Positions 11,738-22,064 of a stretch of DNA of 64,000 nucleotides are shown here, piece by piece. How positions within the stretch are numbered: position 1 is the stretch's first letter; each line of letters begins with the position of its first letter. This stretch comes from Alphaproteobacteria bacterium. Lineage in GTDB: Bacteria; Pseudomonadota; Alphaproteobacteria; MPNO01; UBA830. The stretch is from positions 2,080,001 to 2,144,000 of the forward strand of contig OZ219791.1 in the NCBI GenBank assembly GCA_964291215.2. Direction: 5' to 3'. The notes under the pieces are model-generated. The model saw only the letters and a program-made list of their open reading frames with translations. It searched no databases and was not told the DNA's origin. A program made the position numbers and the translations under genes.

Positions 11738-12412
11738 GCCTCACACTCGTCCAGCCGGGCAAGCAGGTCGTGCTGCGCTGGAAGGCGATCAAGGCCGGCC
11801 CCTTCATCTACCACTGCGCGCCGGGCGGAATCATGATTCCCTACCATGCGCATGAACGGCGCGGTCATGGTGCTGCCGAGGGGTGGGCTGACGGACCGGC
11901 ATGACAATCCCGTCCACTAAGACAAGGTCTATTATGTCGGCGAGCAGGACTTCTACGTGCCGCGGAACGCCGAAGGCGATTATATACAGCACGAGTCTCA
12001 CAGCGACGCGATGGCCGACATGCTGGACGTGACGCTCACCCATGTCGTGATGAACGGCAAGGTCGGCGATCTCACCGGCGACAATGCGCTGACGGCCACG
12101 GTAGGCCAATCGGTACTGTTCGTCCACTCCCAGGCCAACCGCGATTCGAGGCCGCATCTCATCGGCGACCATGTCTGGAAGGAGGGCTCGTTCATCGATC
12201 CGCCGATGGAAGGCCTCGAGACCTGGTTCATCCGGGGCGGCTCGGCAGGCGCCGCACTCTACACCTTCCGGCAGCCGGGGGTGTATGTTTACCTCTCGCA
12301 CAACCTCATCGAGGCCGTGCAGCTGGGGGCGCTCGTCCATGTCGTGGTCGATGGCGACTGGGACGACGACCTGATGGCGCAGGTCCAGGCCCCCGGACTG
12401 ATTCTGGCATAG
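11738..12412 (+). pseudogene. nirK: Copper-containing nitrite reductase, 5'-truncated with internal stop and small deletions
   Basis: [82 protein letters not shown]; TAA at about 11918. Confidence 0.9.
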
Positions 12413-12446
12413 GCGGGTCTGATGCGTCCTCCGCACTCACAGCGCT

Positions 12447-13579
12447 TCACCCTCGGCGAAGGCTCGAGTCGGCGACGGCAAAGTGGTTGTCCCAGCGGCG
12501 AGACACCGGAAAACCGGTCGGGAACGGACGGAACTTGCGTGCGTGCGCGTCCAGCAGGAACACTCCGCCCTGCCCGCTGCTCACGAGGAACGCCCCGGCT
12601 CTTGTCGCCGGCGCCAGGCCGCAGCCGTCGGCCAGCCGGGCCGAATAGAGGAATCCGCCGTCAACGCCGTCCCAGACGGTCACGATATGGCCGCGCGGGG
12701 CGGAGACGGCGAAGGTGCGGCCCGCCCTGTCGAAACAGACATCGCCGCAATACTGCCGCATGGCGCGGAGGACCGAAGGCGGCGCCTCCAGCGGTCGGAG
12801 CGGGCCCCCGGCCCGGCAAAGCGCGACGAGCGGCACGCGGTCCCCTCTCGGCCCTTCATATTGCATTGCGACCGCAACCCGGCCTTCCCTGCCGACAGAC
12901 AGATGGCGGATGCTCAACTGGCGAAGACCGGCCCCGAGACGCTGCTTTCGCAGCAACTCGCCCGTCTTGCGGTCGATGAAGCAGAGCGACGGCTCCATCG
13001 CCGGCAGATTGAGCTTCGCCCTCGGATAGTCGGGATGGGTGTGGATACCGCCATTGGCGACAACCAGCGTCCGTCCGTCCGCCAGCAGTCGGATGTCATG
13101 GGGCCCCAGGCCGCCGGAAGGGAGTTCGCCCAGCCGCCGGAAGCCGCTCCGGGCGCCATATATGCCGACGACGCCGCGACCCGCATCGAAGTCGTTCTCG
13201 GTGACGTATAACAGCCGCCCGGAAGGGTCGAAGATACCGTGGCCCTGGAAGCGCCGGTCCTGCGGGGGCGCGAACAGGCGGGACACCGCACCTCGGTCGA
13301 TATCCAGAACCAGTGCGAATTCCCCCGGACGGCGGGCGAAATGCACCGCCAGACGGCCGTCCGGGCGCACGGCGAAGGCGTGCCCGCGGGCCGGCAGCTT
13401 GGAGTCCAGCAGCATGTCTCCGGCTTGCGAAAAGCCGCCGACCCGATACCCACCGGGCGCCACCGCGCCGGCGGAGAGGTAGCAGCGTTCCATCCGTGCC
13501 GCGCGGGCGCCACCCGGCCAGAAGCCGCCCCCAGGTTGCCGGCGAGCAACCGGAGCGCGCAGCGGCGGTCAATCGCCAT
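12447..13579 (-). CDS. DUF1513 family beta-propeller protein (Tat signal separated by an apparent 1-nt frameshift)
   Basis: LPARGH, FARRPG, FQGHG, LYVTEND, GLGPHD, ANGGIHTHP, LSIRHL, WDNH; MAIDRR leader at 13579 is 86 nt from the body frame; C5 run at 13528-13532. Confidence 0.85.
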
Positions 13580-14660
13580 CGAGCGCGTTGAAGCCGATCG
13601 GCAGGCCGAGGGCCTTGGCCAGGCGGTTCCGCACGATCTGCCGGAGCGCCTGCACCTGGATCCGCAGCTTGTCCACCTTCTTGCGCTGCGCCGGGTCGGC
13701 CGCGGCGGCCTCCAGCGGCCCGTCGATCGACTTCGCCGTCGCCACGGTCGCGCGGAACCCCTTGTGAAGCAGCCTCTCCAGCTTGCGCCCGGAATTCGGG
13801 ATGAGTGCAGCGATACCCGGCTCGCCGCCACCGCCATACAGGTCCTGCAGCGCCTCGAGGTTCAGGACGACGTTTCGGAGCGACCGGCCGCTCAGGCGCG
13901 ACTCCGCCAGATGCTCGCGGACCTTATCCGCGCCCTTGCCGATGACGGGTGCGACTTTCAGATCGACGATGCGCTGCAGCCCGTCATGGAGGCTCTTGAG
14001 GAAGGCCCGCGACGCTTCACCGTGGCTCTCGAAATACGAGTTCTCGGGGTTGGTGAAGAGCGCGATGAACGGGCGTTCGCCCGTCCACCAGTCCCTGTCC
14101 ATCCCCTCCGCCATGTCCCGCATGTTGCCTGCAATGGCCTGGAGCAGGCGGCATCCTTCCGCCGACCCGCCCGGCCGGATTTTGGAGGACTCCGGACCCA
14201 AAAGCAGCGCTTCGGCCGCCATCAGGCCCTGGCCGGCCACGCTCCCCCTGCTGACGCGGGCTGGCGAGACGGTCTCCTCCGTCAGCAGCCGCGCGACAGC
14301 CTTGTCCACCTTCCCGCGCGCATCGGGCCAGAAATGGAACCGGTGGATGCGCATGAACAACTCAGCCGGACCGAACCGCAGATGCTCGACGGCCATCCAG
14401 GCGTCCATAAGGTCGTGGAACGCGGTTTCGGCCCGGGCAAAGGTCCCGGCTCCCGGCTTGGCGCAAAGTGCCCCGGCGGCGGCCTTGAAGTCCCTGGCCG
14501 CGGCCGCCAGCCGCACGTAACGGGGCCGCACATGGTTTTCAGCCAGCGCGGCATTGACCCGCTCGAAGGCCTCGGGTGGCGGCCTGTCGCCGGCGGCGGC
14601 AGGCACGCCAAATGCGAGAATCGCCAGAACCAGCGCCGGCAGAGCGATCACAGGCGGCAT
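13569..14660 (-). CDS. Imelysin family protein
   Basis: Signal peptide; AWMAVEHLRFGP, FWPDARG, GQGLMAAEALL, ESRLSGRS, C-terminal GFNALDGD. Confidence 0.9.
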   Translation of the reverse strand: MPPVIALPALVLAILAFGVPAAAGDRPPPEAFERVNAALAENHVRPRYVRLAAAARDFKAAAGALCAKPGAGTFARAETAFHDLMDAWMAVEHLRFGPAELFMRIHRFHFWPDARGKVDKAVARLLTEETVSPARVSRGSVAGQGLMAAEALLLGPESSKIRPGGSAEGCRLLQAIAGNMRDMAEGMDRDWWTGERPFIALFTNPENSYFESHGEASRAFLKSLHDGLQRIVDLKVAPVIGKGADKVREHLAESRLSGRSLRNVVLNLEALQDLYGGGGEPGIAALIPNSGRKLERLLHKGFRATVATAKSIDGPLEAAAADPAQRKKVDKLRIQVQALRQIVRNRLAKALGLPIGFNALDGD

Positions 14661-14683
14661 GGCGCACCTTCGTTTCCGTTACG

Positions 14684-16144
14684 TCAGAGCGAACGTAGAA
14701 ACGCGAGCAGCGCGTCCCGCTCTTCTTCGGTCATGTCTGCAACGCGCTGCTTCGCGGCCTCCGCCTCACCCCCGTGCCAGAGCACGGCCTCAAGGAGGCC
14801 GCGCGCGCGCCCGTCATGCAGGAAGAAGCTGTGGCCGTTCACGACTTCGGTAAGCCCGATGCCCCAGAGCGGCGCAGTGCGCCATTCGCGGCCCGTCGCT
14901 TCGCCTTCGGGCCGGTCGTCCGCCAGTCCCGGCCCCATGTCGTGCAGGAGCATGTCGGTATAGGGCCAGATCAGCTGGAAGGATTGCTCCGCTCCGATGG
15001 AATCACGGCGCGTCACGAATTTGGGTGTGTGGCAGGCCGTGCAGCCGGAGTCGTAGAACAGGCGCTTGCCCCGAAGCACCTGCGGGTCGTCCAGGTCGCG
15101 CCGGGCCGGCACGGCGAGGTTCCGGGAATAGAACATCAGCAGGTCGAACAGGGCATCCCCCGCCTCGACGCCCGGAACATCCTTGTCGCCGTGAGGAGCG
15201 TTGCGGCAGGCTTCCTGCCTCTGCGTACAATCGCCCCAGGGAACCGGATAGAGCGGCGTCGAGATACCAATGTCGCCGCGAAACGCCGCCGCGGCCTGCT
15301 GGACGAGCGTGGGCTGCCCGGCCTTCCAGCCGAACCGGCCCAGCATGAGTCTGTCGTGCTCGTCGCTCCACACTCGGTTCGGCCGCCCCGAAACACCGTC
15401 GCCGTCCCGGTCGTCCGGGTCCGCGCGGGCAAGGATGGCGTCTTCCGGTACCGCCTCCAGCAGGCCGACGCCGATCATCGGCGGGGCGGTGCGCGGAGAT
15501 ATCCGCAAATCCGGCGCGAGCGGGCCGTAGCGCAAGCCGGTCAGGCCGTATCGGGGCCGGCGCAGCGACACCGAGCCGCCATCGGCCAGTCTCACCGGGA
15601 TTTCCTCCCAGGCGGTCGTCATCCTGCCCTCGGCGGGCACGCCCTGCACGGAGTGGTTCTGGAGCTGGCCTCCATAGGACGGGTCCGGTTCCCTGCCGTC
15701 GGGTCCCGTGGACAGACGGAGCACCATCGATACCGCCCGATCGCCGGGCACGGGCGGACGACCACGTCCGTCCTTGACGTGGCAGCTCTGGCAGGAGCGC
15801 GCGTTGAACAACGGACCCAGCCCGTCGGACGACCGGGTCGAGCTCGGAGACGACACCCAGATCTTCACGAAGACGCCGTCGCCGACCTCGAAATCGAGCT
15901 TGCGCTCGAAGGACATATTCGCCGACGGGTGCGAAAAAGCGTCACGGTTCGGCGTCGCAAAGGAAGTCGCCGCGCCGCCGGGCCGCCGCTCATAGCGCTC
16001 GGGGGCGGTGAAATCGGTCGCAGGTCGTGTCACAGCCTCGATGCGCGCCCGCTCCGCGTCTCCACCGGACGATACCCCGGCGATTCCCGCGAACGGCAGG
16101 AGGATCGCAGCCGTCGCAACGGTATGACTGAACCTGTTCATCAA
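14684..16144 (-). CDS. Di-heme oxidoreductase family (DHOR) protein
   Basis: DGLGPLFNARSCQSCH and GCTACH heme motifs; GRFGWKA; WRTAPLWGIG; LHDGRAR. Confidence 0.92.
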   Translation of the reverse strand: MMNRFSHTVATAAILLPFAGIAGVSSGGDAERARIEAVTRPATDFTAPERYERRPGGAATSFATPNRDAFSHPSANMSFERKLDFEVGDGVFVKIWVSSPSSTRSSDGLGPLFNARSCQSCHVKDGRGRPPVPGDRAVSMVLRLSTGPDGREPDPSYGGQLQNHSVQGVPAEGRMTTAWEEIPVRLADGGSVSLRRPRYGLTGLRYGPLAPDLRISPRTAPPMIGVGLLEAVPEDAILARADPDDRDGDGVSGRPNRVWSDEHDRLMLGRFGWKAGQPTLVQQAAAAFRGDIGISTPLYPVPWGDCTQRQEACRNAPHGDKDVPGVEAGDALFDLLMFYSRNLAVPARRDLDDPQVLRGKRLFYDSGCTACHTPKFVTRRDSIGAEQSFQLIWPYTDMLLHDMGPGLADDRPEGEATGREWRTAPLWGIGLTEVVNGHSFFLHDGRARGLLEAVLWHGGEAEAAKQRVADMTEEERDALLAFLRSL

Positions 16145-16162
16145 AAAATTTCCACACGGGGG

Positions 16163-16195
16163 TTGACAGTTTTAATGATAATGATAATCATTAGC
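16163..16195. promoter_or_regulatory. Fur box overlapping a sigma70-type promoter between divergent iron genes
   Basis: GATAATGATAATCATTAGC at 16177-16195 matches 18/19 of the classical Fur consensus; TTGACA at 16163-16168. Confidence 0.85.
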
Positions 16196-16225
16196 ACTTG
16201 CAACTAACGAGATTGGAGGGAGTTC

Positions 16226-17524
16226 ATGAAAAAGCGCGGAATGCTGGCTGCAACGTTCGGGGCCTGCCTTCTGGGATCGAGCCTGATCGCCGCGGTCGGC
16301 GGGCAAAGCAAGGCCGCGGCGGATGCCGGATCGCCCGAGGGCAAGGTGCTCGCGCACTATGCGGCGCTGGCGCATGCCGTCTATGAGGATTCGCTCATTA
16401 CCGCTCAGGCACTTCAGGCAGCGGTAGACAAGCTGATCGCCGCCCCGTCCGAAGACACGCTCGCCGCGGCGCGTGACGCCTGGCTCGTTTCCCGCGTGCC
16501 TTATCAGCAGAGCGAGGTCTATCGCTTCGGCAACGCCGTGGTGGACGACTGGGAAGGCAAGGTCAACGCCTGGCCGCTCGACGAAGGCCTGATCGACTAT
16601 GTCGATGCCGGCTACGGCGACTCGTCCGAGGAGAACCCCGGCTACACAGCGAATGTCGTTGCCAATGCGATGTTCACTTTCTCGGGCAAGCAAATCGACG
16701 CCTCTTTCATCGACGCCGCGTTGCTGGCCGACAGGCTTCATGAACTCGGCGGCGTCGAGGCGAATGTTGCGACCGGCTACCACGCCATCGAGTTCCTTCT
16801 CTGGGGCCAGGACCTGAACGGCACCGGGCCGGGCGCGCGGCCGGCGACGGATTTCGACACATCCGACTGCACCGGAGGCAATTGCGACCGCCGCGCCGCC
16901 TATCTCAAGGCTGCCGCCGACCTGCTGGTGCACGACCTCGCCTGGATGACGGCGCAGTGGACGGCCTACGGGCCCGCCACCAAGGCGCTTGTCGGCGGCG
17001 ACGCCGCAGAGGGTCTGGCGACCATCGTCACCGGCATGGGCAGCCTCTCCTACGGCGAGCTCGCCGGCGAGCGCATGAAGCTCGGCCTGTTGCTGCACGA
17101 TCCGGAAGAGGAGCATGACTGCTTCAGCGACAACACGCATAACTCGCATTACTACAACGCGCTGGGCATCCGGAACATCTATCTCGGCGAATACAGGCGG
17201 ATCGACAGCAGCGTGATGTCGGGCCCCGGCCTGTCCTCGCTAGTCGCGGCGGTTTCGCCCGAAGCCGACATGGCGCTGCGCGATCGTCTCGACGCCACGA
17301 TGGCGGCGATGGCCGAGCTGGTGAAGTCAGCCGAGAGCGGCGAGGCCTACGACCAGATGATCGGCGAGGACAATGCGGCCGGCAACAAACGGGTGCAGGC
17401 CGCCATAGACGGGCTCACCGCGCAGACCGACGCGATCACGAAAGCCGCATCGGCGCTCGGGCTCGCAAGCATTGAGTTCGAGGGTTCCGACAGTCTCGAC
17501 GACCCGGAGGCGGTCTTCCAGTGA
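16226..17524 (+). CDS. Iron-regulated imelysin (IrpA/IcmP-like, peptidase M75)
   Basis: RBS GGAGG; VNAWPLDEGLIDYV, ATGYHAIEFLLWGQD, GELAGERM, EEEHDCFSDNTH. Confidence 0.93.
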   Translation: MKKRGMLAATFGACLLGSSLIAAVGGQSKAAADAGSPEGKVLAHYAALAHAVYEDSLITAQALQAAVDKLIAAPSEDTLAAARDAWLVSRVPYQQSEVYRFGNAVVDDWEGKVNAWPLDEGLIDYVDAGYGDSSEENPGYTANVVANAMFTFSGKQIDASFIDAALLADRLHELGGVEANVATGYHAIEFLLWGQDLNGTGPGARPATDFDTSDCTGGNCDRRAAYLKAAADLLVHDLAWMTAQWTAYGPATKALVGGDAAEGLATIVTGMGSLSYGELAGERMKLGLLLHDPEEEHDCFSDNTHNSHYYNALGIRNIYLGEYRRIDSSVMSGPGLSSLVAAVSPEADMALRDRLDATMAAMAELVKSAESGEAYDQMIGEDNAAGNKRVQAAIDGLTAQTDAITKAASALGLASIEFEGSDSLDDPEAVFQ

Positions 17525-17753
17525 TTCTCCGGCAGGGAAACGGCAGGGAAGACGCTCCTCCAGCCCACCTTGCCGCTGCATGGGCGGCGCAACCGCGCAG
17601 CGCCGCCCATGCACTTTCTATCTCAGAAGCGGCGCGCCTGTCGCCCGCATATCGGACCGTCGAACAGGAAAAGGGCAAAATCCGACCCTTGGCAGGGATA
17701 TTGCTCGTTATCCGAGTGTATCCGAAGAAAACGTGATGAAGGAGATACAACGC

Positions 17754-19001
17754 ATGAGAATGCACAGAATATTGGCAGCGGCGGCGCTCGGCACCTGTTT
17801 GCTGTCCGGCAGCGCTTGGGCCCAGAACGCGACCGACGCCCGCCTCGAAACGCTTGAAAAGCGCATCTACCAGCTTGAGGAGCGCCTCGCCGAACGCGAC
17901 GCGGCCATGATGGAGAAGGAGCAGGCGCTCGCGAAGCTGAAGGCAAAGGTGGCGGTGCAGGAGCAGACCGCAGCCAACATCCACACTCAGGCGGAGAAAG
18001 CAGTCGCCGACGGCGGCATAGGCGGTGCCATAGAGGTCGAGATCGTCCAGGACAGTCCTTATGAGGGTAAGTCCACATCTGCCAGCGAAACGGCTACTGT
18101 CGATGTCGCCATCGAGGCTGAAATCAGCGACGCCGCCAGCGCCGAAGTCGTCCTGACGATGGGCGACGAAAGCGAGATCGAGGTCGATACCGCGGCCTTC
18201 ACGATCGGCGTGGGGGACACGCCCGTTTCGTTCACCGCCGGCCTGTTCACCCTGCCCTTTGCCGACTTCGGCACGGAACTCATCTCCGACCCGATGGGGC
18301 TCGAAATGGGCGAGGCCGGCGAGAGCGCGCTGCAGCTCTCCTTCGAGTCTGAAGCGGGCCTCGCCGCTTCGGCTTACGTCTTCAACGGCGATGTCGATTA
18401 CAAGGAAAAGGACCGTATCGGCGATTTCGGCGTCCAGCTGGACTATGGGATCGAGCTCGGCGGCATAGCCTTCAACGCCGGCGTCGGCTGGATCAACGAT
18501 GTCGCCGAGGCGAACGCGCTGGAAGGGACGACGGAGGACGGCAAGAAAGCGGCCGGCCTCGCGATTTCCGGCGGCCTGGGCTTCGGCCCCGTCTCTTTCA
18601 CCGGCCACTACATGACCGTGCGCGACAGGCTCAACGGGCTCGAATGGAACGTCAAGCCGGATGCGACGGAATCGGGCAGTGGGGAGGCAGCCCAGCCTTC
18701 GGCCTATGGCGTAGAAGCGGCTTACGCCTTGGGGATGGGCGACCGGGAAGTCGTATTCGCCGCCGGCTGGCAGCGTACCCGAGAAGCGATCGGCCTGGAA
18801 ATGCCCGAGAGCCGCATCCTGTTCGGTTTCTCCACCGAACTCGTCGAGGGCGTCGGCGTCGCGCTCGAATATGCTCGCCACAACGATTACGGTGCGAGCG
18901 CCTGCACAGGCAGGGAAGACGATGAGGGAGGATATGCTCCGGCCTGCGGCACCGGCAAGAGCGGCAGCACCGTCACCCTGCAGCTCGCCGCCGAGTTCTA
19001 G
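17754..19001 (+). CDS. LbtU-family siderophore/iron outer-membrane porin
   Basis: Signal peptide, coiled coil, beta-strand-rich body, PFADFGTELISDP, EYARHNDY, C-terminal TLQLAAEF; RBS AAGGAG. Confidence 0.75.
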   Translation: MRMHRILAAAALGTCLLSGSAWAQNATDARLETLEKRIYQLEERLAERDAAMMEKEQALAKLKAKVAVQEQTAANIHTQAEKAVADGGIGGAIEVEIVQDSPYEGKSTSASETATVDVAIEAEISDAASAEVVLTMGDESEIEVDTAAFTIGVGDTPVSFTAGLFTLPFADFGTELISDPMGLEMGEAGESALQLSFESEAGLAASAYVFNGDVDYKEKDRIGDFGVQLDYGIELGGIAFNAGVGWINDVAEANALEGTTEDGKKAAGLAISGGLGFGPVSFTGHYMTVRDRLNGLEWNVKPDATESGSGEAAQPSAYGVEAAYALGMGDREVVFAAGWQRTREAIGLEMPESRILFGFSTELVEGVGVALEYARHNDYGASACTGREDDEGGYAPACGTGKSGSTVTLQLAAEF

Positions 19002-19036
19002 GGAGGGGCCGCCGGCTCCGATCTGTAGGCCCCGCC

Positions 19037-19541
19037 ATGTTCACCTTGAGAAATATCGACTCGAAGACCCTCGCCGCCTTGGTCGTCTCCGCGTCGCGCT
19101 CCTACCGGACGCAGTCCTCGTCGAAACAAGACCCGCCTTCCGAAAGCACTGCCGTGGATGCGGACCGTCCGCGCCTAATGCACCGACAGCGGCCCGCCGG
19201 CGCGACTGCGTCGCTAGCGGGACGGAATGGGGTGACGGAGCCGCCTCCTACCTAGCCGCGAATATGTGGCCGAGCGCATGCGACGGGGCCAGAAGGTCCT
19301 CACGCGTGTGCCGGTCGAAGACCTCCAGGAAGGCTTGCAGGGCCTCGTCGAGAACCCGGCTCAACACGCAGAGCCCCGCGATCGGGCAGCCGAGGGCGGC
19401 CATGTCGTGCTCACCTTCAGCGGCGACATGATCTCGCTCTCCGCGCTCTCGGGCACCGACAATGGCGCGCATATAATCGACCTTGCCAACGCAATTAGGG
19501 CGCGTGAGTTTGGCATGGCGATGTTGGGATCGCTCGGCTGA
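19037..19541 (+). pseudogene. Hypothetical protein, probably one frameshifted gene (two short ORFs)
   Basis: Consecutive ORFs 19037-19255 and 19266-19541 with protein-like composition; no family recognised. Confidence 0.3.
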
Positions 19542-19602
19542 TCCCGTTTATGCGGCGCGCCTGGAGGCGTAGTCGGTGCAGTTGTTGTCGTTGGCCGGGG
19601 TA

Positions 19603-19876
19603 TCAGCATCGCTCATGAGGCCTGCCCATGCGCGGTCGAAGCGTCCGGATTTGATGAGGGCGCGTACGGTAAGGACGGCCTGCCCGCCGGCGATGCGCCA
19701 TCGCATGCCGGAGCGCTTCATCCTCTGTGTGACGAGGGTTTTGTTTGCGGCCTCGACGACGCCGGAACCGATGGCGATGCCCCGGTCGCTGAGGTGGCGG
19801 TATCACATGCGCTTGCGGTGCTTGCGGAAGAAGGCGAGTTCGCGCTCGATGGCGGCGCGCGCGGTGCGGTTCCGCC
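19603..19876 (-). mobile_element. ISKra4-family transposase C-terminal fragment
   Basis: FFRKHRKRM*Y..GIAIGSGVVEAANKTLVTQRMKRSGMRW; cut at the IS4 left end. Confidence 0.8.
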
Positions 19877-22064
19877 CTTTCAACCAACCATGATTAACTC
19901 GTCGTTCATGAGGCCTTATATAGTGGCCTATGAGAATTGGTTTTCGACATCTGTCCACGACGACGGTTGATTGGCTGAAGGCGGCGTCGGTTGCCGAGAG
20001 CAGCACGCCCTGGCGCAGGGATTGTGCGAGCGCGAGGACTGGCGCAACGCGAAGGGCGAGCTGTGTCTTGCCGCGTGCGGCCCTGCCTGATCTTGCCTCG
20101 GCGCTCGGCATCGTCCTTCCTGCACCAGGGCCTCATGGCCTCGACACCCTTGAGCGGGACTGTCCCGACAAGCCACTCGCATGTTCTCCGGAGGAGCTTG
20201 GAGAGGTCACCGTGGAGCCGGTCGGCGAGGACAGGCGCCTGGCGATGATGGCGACCTGGCATCCCGAGGGCGAGGCGCCCGGATGAGCTACCGGATCACC
20301 TCGTCGCGCTACGGCCGCCTCGGCGGCCTGGTGTTCCGTGCGGCCAATTGGCATCAGAAGGCGCGCGACGACTTCTGGTCCCGGGGAGCGCGTGACGTCC
20401 ACCTCGGCAAGGTCGTCAACAACGCTCGCTTGCTGATACTTCCGTCGGTGAATGTTCCGGAGCTGGCCTTCCACGTCCTGGCCTGCCGGCGGCTTGCTGC
20501 GGACTGAGAAGTGACGCCGGTTCTGGCCTGCGCCCATGTGAGCCCCGAAGACACCGGCACGAGCTACAGGGCGGCAGGCCGGGAGCGTTGTGAGAAGATG
20601 ACCTCGGGTCGACCTCCCGGGGCCACCGGCCAGGGCGCACCGTGTGGATGAAGCCCCTGGCTTGGCAAGACGTGTTGTGGCGGGAGCGTGTCATGGGCCA
20701 GGCCGCACCCCTTGTCGATGATGGCGACCGGGCGATGAGGGAGTACAGCCGCAGCAACCACGGTGACGTGCGCATCCGCGACCGCCTTGTCACCATGGGC
20801 GTGGAACGATCGTCCCGGAGAGATCCTGCCGATGATCTTCCCCGGCGAGGCGGAACAGAAGGCGGCCTGCCGCCTGTTGTCGAACCCCAAGGTGACGATG
20901 GACCATATCCTCGAGGGGCATCAGGAAGCGATGATAGAGCGCTGCCGTCCGCAGCGCCGGGTCCTTGCCATCCAGGACACGACGTTCCTGAATTGCAATG
21001 GCCTGGAGGCGGGTCTTGTCGACATCGGCGGCTCGGGTGCCCTTGGCATTGCGGCCCATGCCGGGGTCGCCTTCACCGAAGGCGGCTGTGCCCTCGGCCT
21101 GTTCCATCTCGACGCCGACTTCCGTCTCGATCCGGATCACGAGAAGGGCGAGGAGAACGACAAGGAGAGCCGGCGCTGGCCTTTCAACCTGACACTATTA
21201 AGTCCATTGATTTCTGCATATCGTGTTCCCGCATTTTTCTGTGATGCTCGACGAAGTAGAGGAGGAGTTGGTATCCCTGCCAGAGTTTCTCGGTTCCCGG
21301 CAGGGGTTGGCGTTTGCCGGGGATGAAGCCTGCCACGCGTGCGACCTTGATGGCGAAGACTTCGATGGTCGGTTCGGGATCGGGAGGTCCACGAGGTTGG
21401 TGCTGTTTAGCGATCTTGTAGTTGTTCAGGGCCGTGATCTCGTCGCGGTGGACGATGCGGCTGGCCGGCGTGCGAGACGCTCGACGGTCATGACGCGGCA
21501 TGCGGTGATCGCGTCGAAGGCCGGACACTTCCTCAGGTCGTCGGCCTGGCCGGTCCTCGATCCGTGTGCCGACCTTCAGGGCCTTGAAGTATTCTTCAAT
21601 CAGCCATCGCCTTTCGTGGAAGGAGACGGTGTCGAGGGCAGCGGTGACGTCGCCTTCGGTGGTGAGCAGCATCCAGTCGAGAGGATCTGCCGGTAGGTCG
21701 GGTTCCGTGACGTGTACGGCCATCGTGGAGAGCGGCGGCGTTCCCCGGGGCTTCCGGTCCGGCGGCGCAAGGTCGACCCTTGCCGTGCGGCCTTCGAGGC
21801 CCTTGCGCTCCTTGCGGCGGCGCGGCCCTCCGCAGGCTGCGATGTCGATCGGCCTGGTCGCGATGCACGGCTCATCGGCCATGTGGTCCCGAAGGTCCCG
21901 TTGCGCGCCCGTTGCGGTGACCACGCGGCGGCATGTCGAGCGCCTGACGCGCACCAGCAGACCAGCTCCGGGCCAGCAGGTCCCGGATGTCGCCTTCACG
22001 GATCATCAGCACTTTTGTCGAGGGACAGGCCAGTTCCACGGCCCTGTCGTACCCGCCAGCGCCG
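19877..22064. mobile_element. IS4-family (IS50/Tn5-like) element with N-terminal DUF4338/DruA-like domain, copy 1; 3' half inverted
   Basis: Ends CTTTCAACC..ATTAA at 19877 and 21181; + strand KARDDF, VVNNARLLILP, KAACRLLSN, VLAIQDTTFLN; - strand LDWMLLTT, RWLIEEYFKALKVG, PLPGTEKLWQG. Confidence 0.85.

Noticed and set aside
17530-17740. Riboswitch (cobalamin or c-di-GMP) before the porin
   Set aside because: Only short motif resemblances (GGGAA, GGGCAAA); the full consensus structures cannot be built.
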